DNA of 64,000 nt from Magallana gigas (taxonomy: Eukaryota). Below the pieces are notes generated by a model, which saw nothing but the letters and a program-made list of their open reading frames with translations, had not been told where the DNA came from and searched no databases. The translations under genes and the position numbers were made by a program. The stretch spans positions 44,020,001 through 44,084,000 of the forward strand of contig NC_088854.1 in assembly GCF_963853765.1 (NCBI RefSeq), read 5' to 3'. Every line of letters starts with the position of its first letter. The stretch's first letter is position 1. Positions 13,701-28,567 of the stretch are shown here, one piece after another.

Positions 13701-16700
13701 TGCGCAATTAATTTTCGTTACATGAACAATTTATGTGTCAAAACCAAAAAAGAATAAATGAAGGATGACTGAAACAAAAGATTACATGAGAATGCTTGAA
13801 CAGTTGAACACTTTGTGTAATCAAATATCATTGTTCTCCAGTCTGAGCAAGTGCTCAATTCAGACGAAGAAGCACAAGTCTGCGAACTTCCAGTGTTGTG
13901 AGTGTACGAGGATTTCCCAAGGAAAGCATTTGGACACCACTGTCTTATTTCCGGTCCAGCTCCTGGTTAAAAAAACCCGAAATAATCAATCGAAATAGAA
14001 ATTGCAAAACAAAAAAATGTGTAATTATGCCATATACATTAAATATTGATTGCCATCAGTCACCTTCTTTAACTAGCATGTGAAACTCTTCAACTCCAGG
14101 TGGTGACGTAGGGGTACAGTAAGTGCTTATGTCAAATGACGTCACAGATGGATCATAGCCTCCCACACCAATGCGTCTATTTTGAGCATCTGAATTCAAG
14201 TCTGAAACACAATTCATAATGATTTGTCATTCTGAAAATATTAATCCTATGAATAAGTTAGGCACTTTTCACAAATATGGCTTTAATGCTGAAAATAAAA
14301 TACCATGGGAAAAACGAGTTTTTTTCTTCTGAAAATGTACTTGTACAAGAAAGTAAGATATATATTCTCGAAGTTTAGTCCGTAATGTTAATATTCTAAA
14401 ATTACATTGTTTATCAAATGAGTATGACACTTCACCGGATCATAAGTAATCGCATTTCCTTTGCACCACTTTAGTATATGTTTTGCACTATGCTAAAGTT
14501 AAAACGTACCGTGTTTAATGTAATAGAAGTAAGACTCATCTGATATCCTCTTCCACTGAATGCATCGGAAAACATTCTTTTTAACACCTGGACTAACTTC
14601 CACAACTTGATCTCCCCTGTAAACGTTTGAGAGCATTTTACTCTCATTTTATTTTAAGACGTTGGTTAAAATATAAAAATGAGATATTTTCATTATTAAT
14701 ATTTAATAATTTGCTGATAATGAAATCTCACTTAAAGAGCATGATACTGTCTGTCGTATTTTCAGATACACAAGTCCATGATGTGACGGGTACGGAATAA
14801 GCTGTTACTGTCCACCCTGACGTAATAGCTGAAGAGGAGTTACTCATTATGACGTCACCCATACTGCTGTCGTACCAGGTTGAATTCCACATTGATGGAA
14901 ATACACAATTTCCGTCTGTATGATCAAAATATATCTTAAATTTTCTTAAATTTCATTTAATACGCATAATGTACAAATTATTATTTTTTTCAATACAAAA
15001 AATGTAATCGATAATTCGCATCGTTCATCAATGTTGGGTTACTTACAGCAACTTTCTGAAAAAGAAATATAAAAAATGATTGATAAAAGAAATAATTAAA
15101 GTGACTCAATTTGAAAAATAAAAAATTTCATTGTAGCTTTAAAATAAAATAAAACCTTGTTTAGTAAGCACAAGGGTACCACTTCCGTCTGTCTGTTTGA
15201 CTGTTGACGTTTGATTTGCTTCACAGCTTCCTTTACTATCACTCATATATACCAACCCATCCGAGACAGTGATAGCCTGAAAAATCACGTGAGTAACAAG
15301 AAAAACAATACTATAACAAAGTCACAATCGAGTAAAAAGCATCCGATTTGAATTATCTTATTTGGTAAACTTACAAGACAAGAAAATCTGTAATAGTTGG
15401 CGTAATCAACACTTCCGATGTTTAATACCGTCGTGAAATAGGTTTCATCTTTCTTAATCGTTTGGACACAGTCAACGACCCCTTCATCTGAACATCAGCA
15501 GGAAAAAAGTTATACAAAATTTCCACAGATATAACATAAATGCTAACCAAGAAAATTCAAAGAGAATCTAATCCAATATTTAAGTATCAGCAAGTCTTAC
15601 TTGAGAAAGCTTGCTTTGTAGAACATTTGGTGTAATCAAACGTCATCCTAGTCCAAGAGGGGCACACTTGGAGCTCAGAAGATGCGGAACAAGAGTCGGA
15701 CGTACCGTCATTGTGGACGTAGGTAAACCTTCCTAACAGTGGGGTTGGGCACCATTGAACAGTCGAGGACTCGTACCCTGGACAGAAAACAAGTAAGGAT
15801 TTTAGCATTCTGGTTAAGCCAAGTGAAATTTGGATTCACAGTTTCCAACTGTCATTTATTTTGAATTGTTTAAATGTACGAAACAAATGGCAACCTTTCT
15901 TGACTAAAACATGATATTCCTCAATATCTGGCCCAGCATTGACAGCTTTGCAGTAATCAGTAGTTGAAAATGAGGTCACGGATGGATTATTAATCGTCAC
16001 TATAGCTCTTCTTTTACCCTTTATGTTTGGTTCTACGTCTGATAAATAATCAAATTAATACATATTAGTCTACAAATCAATTACAAGCAATTGTTTATAT
16101 GGAATATAAGAACTCTGTGAAATGCAAGGAGGATATATTTGTGTATTGTCTAACGTACCTTGGGGCACGTAAAAATAATACGAGTAATCTGTGATCTTGA
16201 TCCACCGAATGCAAACAAACACGTTGAATAAACTACTGAAAACGTTGATCTTCTGGTCACCACTAAATAGATTATAAAGCAAACACATGGGGAAAACAAC
16301 AACATATAACTTATTAATCATGAGTTGTAAGGATGTTTTTGTTTTGCGGTGTCATTTATGTTTGTTAAATACCAATTTTCTTGGATCATGTTATAAGGAT
16401 AATTACGAGATAAAACGTTCAAAGAGGTTTCACCCAAAGAAACATACAAGATAATGTTAATGGAAGGCTACTGCCAATAAATTAACCTATTCTTGAATAT
16501 TTAAAAGTTTGTTAAATCTTAACGTATCTATGTGTCAATAAATTTCTTATAAAAACACAGAACGTAAATAGACCAATACAGAGCATATCTAATATCATAC
16601 ATGTACAAAACTAATAATGCTTGTGGGCTCTTCAAACTGTAAAAGTTAATGTGGACAAACTAATTGTTTTTATTGGTAAACTGATGAATTTTATCATCCA

Positions 16701-19700
16701 CAAATGTGAGGATATCACTATAGTTTAAATATAGTTTACAAAACAATCAAGCAAAGTAAAGATAAAATTTTAAAGGCCACACAAACTCACATAAATAGAA
16801 GCTGGTTGCTGGTGGTGTTTTCTGACACGCACGTGAACGGGGTCACGAGCTGGTTGTAAGCAGTGTAGGCCCATCCAGTCACAGTGCTGAGTGTACTGTT
16901 AAAGGTCACGTCCCCGTGGAGACTGTCGTACCATTCCCCGTCCCACAGAGGGGGAAAGGAGCACGCCCCGTCTTTAAAGAGCGCAATTCATGTGTTTAAC
17001 GGAATTGATATATACATGTACATGAAATTCCAAAGCAAAAGTTTGTCTTGCAGTTTAAATGTGATAATTCTAAAGGAAATATACAATACAAAATCGTTAT
17101 CAATCCACAATTTTAAATAATTCGATATCATAATTTCAACTATTTCTTTTGGTGAGGTTCAAGTTTTCATGTTATGATTGATTTATAAAAAAGTATACTT
17201 ATTCCTCAATAAAAGAATGTATTTAACCAAAGCATAAAAATGACCATGGGTTTGTTGAATATTAAAATCATTTTTCGTTAAAATTCATAGCATTAACAGA
17301 GACGAAGAAGTCGAAAATGTCATGATTCATACACCCAATTAAATATTTCTGAATTAAGATAACTTCTCTTTTAGTTGTTATCAAATTTTTCCTTCAAGAA
17401 TACCGCTGCAGAAATTGATTATCTGTTTCATGATAACTATTACCCAACATAGCAACATTTCCAGTGTTTACAACAGAAAGCAGCTCTTTTGAATCAATGT
17501 AGATTTCGCCATTAAAAATCAAATCAACAACAGAAGCATAAAATGTTAAATGAATATTGATCGAAATTCGATAGAGATAAGAATGACCATTGTATCACAT
17601 TGCAAAAATCAATTCCCATTTGTTCAATATGTTTTGTTTTGATTCATGGTACAGAAAAAGATACAGATAATAATTCAATAATGGAACCTATATCTTGATG
17701 ACGGTATATTGATAGTGATATACTTTACTAACAGAAAATATGTTCTGAAATACGCATCAAGGTCGTCGTTTGACAAAAATAGCAACCTTTTTCAAATCTA
17801 AATTCTAACAGTCTTATTAATGTACATTGGAGCCTCAGTTATCCGGACGCTTTCGTTCCCAAGTTCAATCGTCCGGATAGGTGAAGCGTCCGGATATCTG
17901 AAATGCGTCTATTGTTGTCATGAATGATAATGTATTTGTATACAATGGCTCCCAGTGTTGATACTAGTTTGTTTTGCCTTTCATACCATATAACAACACA
18001 TGCTAGAGTGAACGTTTTTAAGAGATAAAGAACTCTGTTTTATTTTATTATTTTGTCATGAAATATTAAGCGGACAATAATGATAACCGAATCTAGCTGA
18101 ATTCTTTCTGTCCATGTGTGATATGTGTGTGATACACTGTTGTTCGCAATTTTCCAATTTTTGAAAGTGATTTGGGAAGTCAGTGTATTTATACAAGCTA
18201 CTTATGAGGGTCTAGCACGTAAAAAAGGTGTGAAACTTAATTGACAGGGGTAATCTTTTGTACTGAGTAGGGTATCATCAAATTTTACCGTCCGGTTAAA
18301 TAAAGCAAGATTAGTAGTAAATTAGTGTTTTGTGGTAAAAACAGACCGTCCGGATCCGGAACGCGAAATTCCGGATAAATGATACAAAATAAGGTATAAA
18401 AAATCTGTTCCCAAATAAAATCGTCCGTAAACTGAAGCGTCCGGTTATCTGGCGTCCGGATATCTGAGGCCCCACTGTATTTGATGTTAAATTCATTTTA
18501 AAAATAAAATGGTATATGTCATATTTTCATTTAATCCGTCTATTCTTTGTATTACTTGTATTTTCTTGTTCAACCTTTATAGTCTTTTACACGGATCTAT
18601 TTTTTTAAAATAAAGTTTATGATATATAAATAACTTAACAAAATTAGCCTGAGACAGTGATAATGTATGAACATGAATGATTCTTAGGGATTGTATAAGT
18701 TATTTGTATACTAGCATTTTACAGTCGTGAAATTCTACACTGTTTTAAGTTTTATTAAGTCAAATCCTCGGTGTTTTTCAATTACTCGTAAAGATTCAGG
18801 AATTTCAATTTCCTTATTCATATTTTACAAACGATGATAACATCTTTAAGATGAAACAATTTCTTTAAAATTTTAGTGCTCTAAGAATCGGAGAACCTCA
18901 AACTTCATGTAGAATTTTCTTTTTCTTTTGGTGACTTTGACACTGCCGTTTGTCGGCAAAGCATTGCATATGCTAATGATTTTCCAGGTGCAATTGCAAG
19001 CATACAAGTAATAAAATTAAAAGGATGATGGGTAATAAAAATTCAAAAACAAGTAATTAACAAACATGACTACTATTCACTATCTTATGAATTCCAATGT
19101 TGCTAAGTAACTTTTTTAACATCCTGCTATAAATGCATATTTACTGGATTAATCCATATTTCTTTATTTGCTCGTTTCAGAAACGGGGAGATTATTACAT
19201 CTATGAATCATTAACAACTTCGGAGTTTTATACTCAATATTTAGAATAAATTATTAATGGTGCGATAAAGAATAAGATGCCAGCGTGCAAAATATTCATA
19301 TGAAAGTTATTTAGTTCGTCTTGTGTCCCCTTTTACATAAATTTTTAAGATTAACTATACACCCTGAAATGACCCTGTTTATTATTCCAGGAATCATAAG
19401 GATATTCACCTACTTAAAATATTAAGCATATCCGAACATTTATTATAATATCTCAGTTTGAAAAAAGTACTTCAATATCAAATGCTACTCATTTATTTTA
19501 TATACACATTTCTATGTTGATCTTTGTTATCTGTGGGGCTATCAATGAATCTACCCTATAGCAGAAATATAACACGGAAATGGCACAACCCGTAGATCAC
19601 CATTTAAGATTTTATTTAGAATTAAAAAAATGTAAAAATTTCACACCTTCAAGGTATATGTACCAATTATTGGAACGGGTTATATTATATAAATAAATAA

Positions 19701-19716
19701 ATCAATCAATCAATCA

Positions 19717-19781
<65 letters not shown>

Positions 19782-20966
19782 TATTTTATACATCGCAAAT
19801 GTAAATGAGTAGTTCATGAGTATCGTAGAATATTTTAAAAATATTCTTACATTAATCTTGTATCAAAACTTACATTCCTGCTGGGTCACCATGAATAATT
19901 GAGGGTTATAATATTAACAAATTTGAATCTTCAAGTCAAAAAGAAAATTTTCTGTAAATATTATCAACCTGATTCATATCCTGTTCAAATTGAAAAAAAA
20001 ACCCTCTATATATTCCTATCTTAAAATTTTCATCCAATCCCAGCTGCAGACCCATTGATATACTGAAAGTCATGATATCAACAAAACTGAATCTTCAATA
20101 CACAGACACTTTCTGCAAATATTACAATTCAGCAGTCTAGTTCATTTCTAACCCTTCCAGGACAACCTTCTAGATTTTCCTTACTTTTCGTACTCAGAGC
20201 GGTAAATATTAAAAATGACAGTCACTATCGCTGTATAAAAAGGGTTATCGGAAAAAAACCCCAAAACATCTGAGGCAGTATTGTAACATTTGAATATAGG
20301 ACTAAATTATGTGCTTCCCCTTAATAACAAAGATTCTTTCCTCATTGCAATCATAAACAACATTGGTACAGATTTGACAGGTACATTAATAACATTGTAA
20401 AAAAATGATAGAGGTATCCTTTAAATTGACACTCCTTATGTCGTTTTATTTGTGAACAGTAAGAAACGTGTGGAAATCGACTGAAAAAAAAAATGAAACC
20501 TCTCCCACCCTACATTCATGGGAATAATTCCTACACTGGGAATCAAAGAGTTTTCAACGCATGCATTTTACAATGATACGCCACTAGTTCTACTCTTGCA
20601 AATTTGACAAAATCGTTAATCCAGAAATGTATATCTAAGACTGTTAATGGTAGGACTTTAATTTATATAGCGGGTAACGACACTAGCTCAATCCGTCAGA
20701 AATACGTCAAAAGGAGATGACACAGACGCATTTATTATTACCTTTAGTTTTGTTTTAGTTGATTTTTTTTTTTTAGAAAGGTTGTCCTTTTAAATACAAA
20801 CAATAAGTATGCATCGAACTATTTTATCTCTTTGACGACAGCGTTTGATTTCATCTTAGATGGGGTTTTTGTAATCTTTTCATAATGAAAGAACGTTTCA
20901 AAGTGACTTACCAGCAAAGTGTATTGAAATAATGCATAATAATGATAATCCTACAGAGAGAGACAT
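4258..20966 (-). CDS. Short form or downstream gene: signal peptide + 6 modules (M11-M16) + TM + cytoplasmic tail, 1,943 aa
   Basis: Leader exon 20912-20966 (MSLSVGLSLLCIISIHFA + G, donor GTAAGT) joins in phase to exon A at 16971 (HFA-DGACSFPP). The summed exons give 5,832 nt of open frame to TAG at 4258. Confidence 0.8.
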
Positions 20967-23900
20967 TATTCATTAACATTTGCATTCCAGCGTCTGGATC
21001 ACAAGTAGTCAACGTAAACACAAAGCAGTTACTCCTTAATCCAGTGTTTGATCGCTCTCATTTAAACCAACTATTAATTACGGTGAAGTTTACGGATTAA
21101 GGATAATCCGCCACTGTTGTTTGGTCGTGGTAATTAAAATCATTAACAGTTAATCACAGGTCGGCCAGAATAAAAAAGAGAATTAACAGATACAGGTTTG
21201 ACGAGCGTAAAACTTTTTATTTTATTTTAACTTGTGCGGCTTTAAACTGCATTTCGAACTATTTCGATCAACATATAGTTCCGCCATCTCTGTGTGATAA
21301 GAATAATGCTGAGTATGCTAGAATCTCGGCGTGTGGTTTCCTAGAATCGATCGGTCAATGCCATCTGGGCGTGTTTGAATTTATCATCATCCAGTAGATA
21401 TTGTCCATATTTTTGCGGGGTTGAATTAAGTATTCAATATATATTTAATTGCTGTGACCGACTGAAACATCAGTTTTACTAAACAATAAAGCGATTTTTA
21501 ATCTTAGTGTAAAGTTTACTATTCTCTTTTTTCTATCCCCACATTGATTGAATTGATACAGCAAAGAGAATAAGCAGTAATATACGATGGGCTTATAAAT
21601 ACATTATGATATTCTTTACTTAAAAAAAAAAGATCAGTCGATCAATCTTTACCCTTTCATTCGTTAAATATAATCGGAAAGGTCAACTTTCGGAAATAGA
21701 TAAAACGTTATAGAGAGTACTAAGTAAAATTTAAAATATAATTTTTAGGATTGCGAAAATGAAATATGATAATTATTGATGCTTTAAGGAATGGAAAGAA
21801 AATTATGTAAGTCCTACTGATTGAATTGTTATTACAGAATCTAATTATCTCTATTGAAAACTTGATTTTAACATGTTATGTAGGTGTTGAATAATGTGTA
21901 TAATTACATCATTATCAGTTGAAAAGCATATATGTAAAACCGATAAATACTTACAACATGAACCTGAAAATAAAAATTAAAAACATTTAAATTTTAGTAT
22001 TAATGTTTTTACGATCTGACAATTGAAAAACGATATCCTGACTGGAGCTATTTTAAAAAGAGAAATAATGTATTTATGACTGTTAAATAAAATATCATAC
22101 TATTTGAAGTCAGAGTAAGTGTTCCGGACCCATCGTTTTGTTTTATTTTGGCATCTTGTCCCTTGATACAGCTCCCCTCACTGTCACTCATGAATATCGT
22201 AGATCCTTCTTTCTTGATGGTCTTGAAAAATAAAAATAAAATGAAAATATCACCTTCATTAATATCTTTATTGTCAAATATGAGACGATTTTGGTAAACG
22301 TTTATTTTTTATTGAAACGATAAGAAATCAATTAATATAAAACTCACAAAACAGGAGAATCGATGATGGCTGGACTGAGAGACATCTCCTGGGTTGATAA
22401 CAGTTGTGTGGAAAGCTGTTCCATCAAACACTGAATGTACACAGTGAACATTTCCCTCCTCTGAAAACATGAAATAAAAAACTAATGTAGAACAAATTAA
22501 AATACAGGTGACAAATAATGTTTTTCAATAATTATTGCAAAGGAACGCAGAAAAACTAAATTCATAATACTAGTAGTAACGCACTTGAAAAGGCTTGTTC
22601 GGTAGAACAGAGGTTGTAATCAAAGGTCATGGTAGACCAGTCTGGGCAAAGACTTAGACTGGATCCGCCCCCGCATGTTGATGTGGCGCCATCATTGTGA
22701 ACATAAGTGAATGTAGCTCTAAGTGGCACTGGGCACCACTGCTTGACACTTGTCTCATACCCTAAAAGTATTAAAAGAACAGCGTTAAAGTTTGAGTTTA
22801 TTTCAATTAGTGTTTGTTGATTACAATTTTACTATGCCAAAACTAGATTTTGTAAAGATTTCTGATAATTCTAACCTTGCTGAACTAAAACGTGATATTC
22901 CTCTGGGGGAGAGGGAGTGGTCGGTTGGCAGTACACTTCTAAATCCCAGGAATTTACGTAAGGATTGTGTTCCTCGACAAAATACCGCTCATTGTTCGTC
23001 AGGGCATTTTCATCTGATAATGCATAATTGATATGTCACCGACATATTTTCAATAAACAGGTTACAAAAAATGTACGTTTGATAAGAGTTTTGTGGTAAG
23101 AATTAAAGATTGAAATTTTCAAGCGAGACACATTTCGTGTTGTACCATTTTTAAAGGAAAGCCACTTTAAAAACTTTGCTGTACGATATTTCGTTTGACT
23201 GATTTTGCACATACACCATAAAAACCTATCTTAAATACCTTGTTGAATATAGTAATAAAACGAGTTGTTAGTGATTTTTGTCCATTCTATGCAACGGAAG
23301 ACATTGTATATTTTGCCATCACTAGACACCGTTGTATCAGCTCTGAAAAAAAACCCAATCAATTATGTGTGTTATTCAAAAATATTATCCATTATACACA
23401 CAAGCAATCTTTATAATGTAGGCCCTACTTGAATAAAGAATATCCCGAGTCCGAGGAGGAGGATAAATTAGATGCCTGGCAGGTCCAAGAAGACACGGTT
23501 GTCCCATACACCGTCACTGACCAGCCAGACACAATACGAGCGTCTGATTGGTTGAAAGTGATTTGGCCGTGACCACTGTCAATCCAGCTCGAGTCCCAAT
23601 TGTTTGGAAGGGAGCAGTTTCCATCTGAAAAGTGATATCAAAATTGTCATACAAAAACCTTTCACTAAAAATACCTTATACATGTATATAATTCATAAAA
23701 AAGATACAATTGAAATTGAATACTTACAACAGGATTCTGAAATTAAAAAAAAGTTCCATTAGTAAATTTCTTACTAATCTTTTCTTTTAAGTTTTATACA
23801 CAAAAAAACCCAAAATTTCAACTAAGATAATATTTGATCAAAATAATCATATTACGTTTTGGTGTCAATTCCAGTGTTCCAGATCCATCTGGTTGCTTCA

Positions 23901-24006
23901 CCGTGGGAGACTGTCCAACATTACAACTGCCAGCGCTGTCACTGACCTTTATGATGCTCCCAGTGTTCTCAAAAGCCTATCAGACAAATATTTTAAAATT
24001 ATTATA

Positions 24007-24057
<51 letters not shown>

Positions 24058-24573
24058 AATATATATAATAAACTTGAATGATATATGATTTCTATTCAAG
24101 ATGATTTTTTAAAAAGAAATTCTAATCTTACCAAACATGTGAATCTTTGGTACGCAGAGTAGTCGACAGTTCCCTTGTTCAATACAGAAACATATGAAAC
24201 AGATCCAACAGCCTGAGTATAAAGACAATCCACTGTTCCATCCGCTGTGGACAAAGATATTATAATAAAAGATCATTCACTTTTGTTATAATAATACCAA
24301 TGAAACAACAACATAAAATTTAACAATATCAAAGTCATTTAATTACATTTACCTGAAAATGCTTGAACTGTTGGACATTTGGCGTAGTCAAAAGTGAGAG
24401 TGGTCCAGTTTGCGCACACATCCAAGTTAGAGGCGGTGTTGCAAGTTACGACACTTCCTGTATTATGTGTGTAACTAAACGCACCGAGGAGAAAAGTCGG
24501 ACACCACTGGCCAACACTGTTTTCATGTCCTTGATTAACAAAATAAAAAAAATTGTAAAAATAAAATAAAACA

Positions 24574-24608
<35 letters not shown>

Positions 24609-27094
24609 GGGAACAATAGGTATGATAAAGTCAGCTTAATGGAGTCATAATACAAACAATCTGGACAATGTACAATAATACATGTAGATCCTGTATAAAT
24701 AAAATCCATTTTTCCCCCACGGAACTCGGATAGCCCTGATTATATTAATGCAATACAAGGCAGGAATGACCACACACTCTGTATCGTAGGTTAGAAAAAC
24801 ACGAAGATTAGATAGAGCATGGATGTCCACACCCTCAATCTCTCCATACCTGTTCAAGTTTAACCCCAAACAGTCACTCGTCGCAATGCAATAGACACTG
24901 TCCCTATATATGTGCCGGCCTAAAATAATTCATAGTATCTAAAAATTGGAAATCAAAAATAAGCAAACTAATCAGGCCTAACCCAAAACTACTTATGCAG
25001 AACAACTTATATACATTGAATATTTATTATTGTATAAAAATAATCATCACAATAATTGGTTAACAGTGGATGCATTAATTAAAATAATCAAGAATCAATC
25101 AATCAAGGGCAATAACTCAAAACAGTAATACAAAATGATTCTAATGAAAAAATAGCTGCCTGCTTCAATTTTATAGTCATATATCACATGTTGAGTATTG
25201 CAGTTCTCAAAAAGATCCTTTACAATTGTTTATATATGGGATATTTAGCTATGTACATCAAACTCTGAACCTTCTTGTGAGGCCGAAGAATTGTCCTGAA
25301 GCCAAAGTCTTAACAATTATAAAGAATCATCTTGCTGATTAGTTTCTAAGAAGAAGATTTTTAAAGATTTACTCTATATATATTCCTATGTGGCCTCACC
25401 CTACCCCCAGGGGTCATGATTTTCACAACTTTGAATCTACACTACCTGAGGATACTTCCCACAAGTTTCAGCTTTCCTGGCTGATTAGTTTCTGAGAAGA
25501 AGATTTTTAAATATTTACTCTATATATTCCTATGTAAAACTTCGACCCCCCCATTGTGCCCCACCCTACCCCCAGGGATCATGATTTTCACAACTTTGAA
25601 TCTACACTACCTGAGGATGCTTCCAAACAAGTTTCAGCTTTCCTGGCTGATTAGTTTCTGCAAAGAAGATTTTTAAAGATTTACTCTATATATTCCTATG
25701 TAAAATTTTAACACCCCCCCCGCCCAATGTGGCCTCACCCTACCCCCAGGGATCATGATTTTCACAACTTTGAATCTACACTACCTGAGGGTGCTTCCAC
25801 ACAAGTTTCAGCTTTCCTGGCTGATTAGTTTCTGAGAAGAAGATTTTTAAAGATTTACTCTATATATTCCTATGTAAAACTTCGACCCCTCATTGTGGCC
25901 CCACCCTACCCCCGGGGGTCATGATTTTCACAACTTTGAATCTACACTACCTGAGGATGCTTCCACACAAGTTTCAGCTTTCCTGGGTGATTAGTTTCTG
26001 AGAAGAAGATTTTTAAAGATTTACTCTATATTCCTATGTAAAACTTCGACCCCCCATTGTGGCCCCATCCTACCCCCAGGGGTCATGAATTTCACAACTT
26101 TGAATCTACACTACCTGAGGATGCTTCCACACATGTTTCAGCTTTCCTGTCTGTTTAGTTTCTGAGGAGAAGATTTTTAAAGATTTACTCTATATATATT
26201 CCTATGTAAAACTTCGACCCCCCATTGTGGCCCCACCCTACCCCCGGGGGTCATGATTTTCACAACTTTGAATCTACACTACCTGAGGATGCTTCCACAC
26301 AAATTTCAGCTTTCCTGGCTGATTAGTTTCTGAGAAGAAGATTTTTAAAGATTTACTCTATATATTCCTATGTGAAAGTTCGACCCCCCATTGTGGCCCC
26401 ACCCTACTTCCGGGGGTCATGATTTTCACAACTTTGAATCTACACTACCTGAGGATGCTTCCACACAAGTTTCAGCTTTCCTGGCTGTTTAGTTTCTGAG
26501 AAGAAGATTTTTAAAGATTTACTCTATATATTCCTATGTAAAACTTCGACCCCCCATTGTGGCCCCACCCTACTTCCGGGGGTCATGAATTTCACAACTT
26601 TGAATCTACACTACCTGAGGATGCTTCCACACAAGTTTCAGCTTTCCTGGCTGTTTAGTTTCTGAGAAGAAGATTTTTAAAGATTTACTCTTTATATTCC
26701 TATGTAAAACTTCGACCCCCCATTGTGGCCCCACCCTACCCCCGGGGGTCATGAATTTCACAACTTTGAATCTACACTACCTGAGGATGCTTCCACACAA
26801 GTTTCAGCTTTCCTGGCTTTCTGGTTCTTGAGAAGAAGATTTTTGAAAATTTCTCGAAATTTTTCATTAATTTCTAATTATCTCCCCTTGAAAACGGGTG
26901 TGGCCCTTAATTTTCACAACTTTGAATTCCCTTTGCCTAAGGATGATTTGTGCCAAGTTTGGTTGAAATTGGCCTAGTAGTTCTTGAGAAGATGTTGAAA
27001 ATGTGAAAAGTTTACGGACAGACGGACGGACAGACGGACGGACAGACGGACAGACGGACGGACAGACGGACGACAGACAAAATGTGATCAGAAT

Positions 27095-27131
<37 letters not shown>

Positions 27132-28489
27132 CACATTTATTTTAAAATTATCATTATTTATCCATTTTGCGCTATCTGATCTACAAATTATCATGTAATC
27201 AAATAAATATTGTTACCCTTTTTGACAATCATATGAAATTCTTCCACTGTTGGGGGTGACGAAGGGTTGCAAAGAGCTGATAAGTTAAAAGAATATACGG
27301 ATGGGTCGTATTTCTCTATTGTTAGCCTGACATTCCCTGCATTGATTTCCAAATCTATTGTGTATGATAAAAATCATTAATGAATGCTGGTAAAAAGATT
27401 TAAAAAGTGAATAATCCAATCAATACGCAAATCAATCGAGATCTTACCGTTATAAATGTAGTACTTGTATGAGTAATCCGTTATTCTCTCATACCGTATA
27501 CATTTGAATACATTGTACTTTGTTCCAGATACTTCGACTTGTTGATCGGCTCTGAAAATGAAATGATAATATCACAACTAAAGGTGTTTAATGAGATCAA
27601 AATGTGTACACTTGACTGAAGTTGACTCTTCATTGAAAAAAAATAAGTTAAATGAAATGCAATGATTTTTAAAAACATTCTAAGCTTTATTTTCAGATTG
27701 CACTTAAAGTACACTAAATACTAACAGAAAAAGAAGATAGTTGGTGTCAGTGGTATTGGTCTGGCAGGTCCAGGATGTGATTGTAGTTCCATGAAACGTT
27801 ACCGTCCATCCGGATTGCACCTTATTTTTCGTTAAGTTGAATGTGATTTCTTGATTATCACTGTCATACCATTCAGAATCCCAAGTACTTGGAAACTGAC
27901 AGCTACCAACTGCATATATATCAAATGTTTGTTAATATTTCTCAATTGGGCAAGTATTTTGAGACCATAAAAACAAAACTACTGATATAATACATATATA
28001 TGTGATAAGATGTACTTACAACAGGAGTCTGTAAAAAATAAGAAATATATATTAACATTATATTCAATGATGTACATATACGTGTCTTAAGTAAGATGTT
28101 TCAATTTACTCATTGATCGAAAGATTGCACTTTTATTTAATTGGTGTGTAATAAGTTTTTTATTACCTTTAATTGAGAGGGTCAATACTCCACTTCCGGT
28201 GGTGGATTTGGTAGTGGGAGACTGTCCAGCTGCGCAACTTCCGGCGCTATCACTCATCATTACCTGTCCACCATTTTCACTAAGTGCCTGAAAAATAAAA
28301 GCAAGTTTCATATATACAGTAAAACTCGTTTAGTACGAACACGGATATTGCGAATTCACGGATTTAGCAAAGTCATCTTGGATCCCCAAATATGTAAATT
28401 TTAATGAATTTCTTATACGGTTATAACGAATTACGGATATAACAAAGTAATTTCTTAGGTCCCAGTGACTTCGTTATAACCGAGTTTTG

Positions 28490-28567
<78 letters not shown>

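Noticed and set aside
25335-26830. Regular repeat array as a CRISPR; ORF 26723..26977 as a gene
   Set aside because: Units are contiguous ~167-bp monomers with no unique spacers, in a eukaryotic intron. The ORF is translated satellite.
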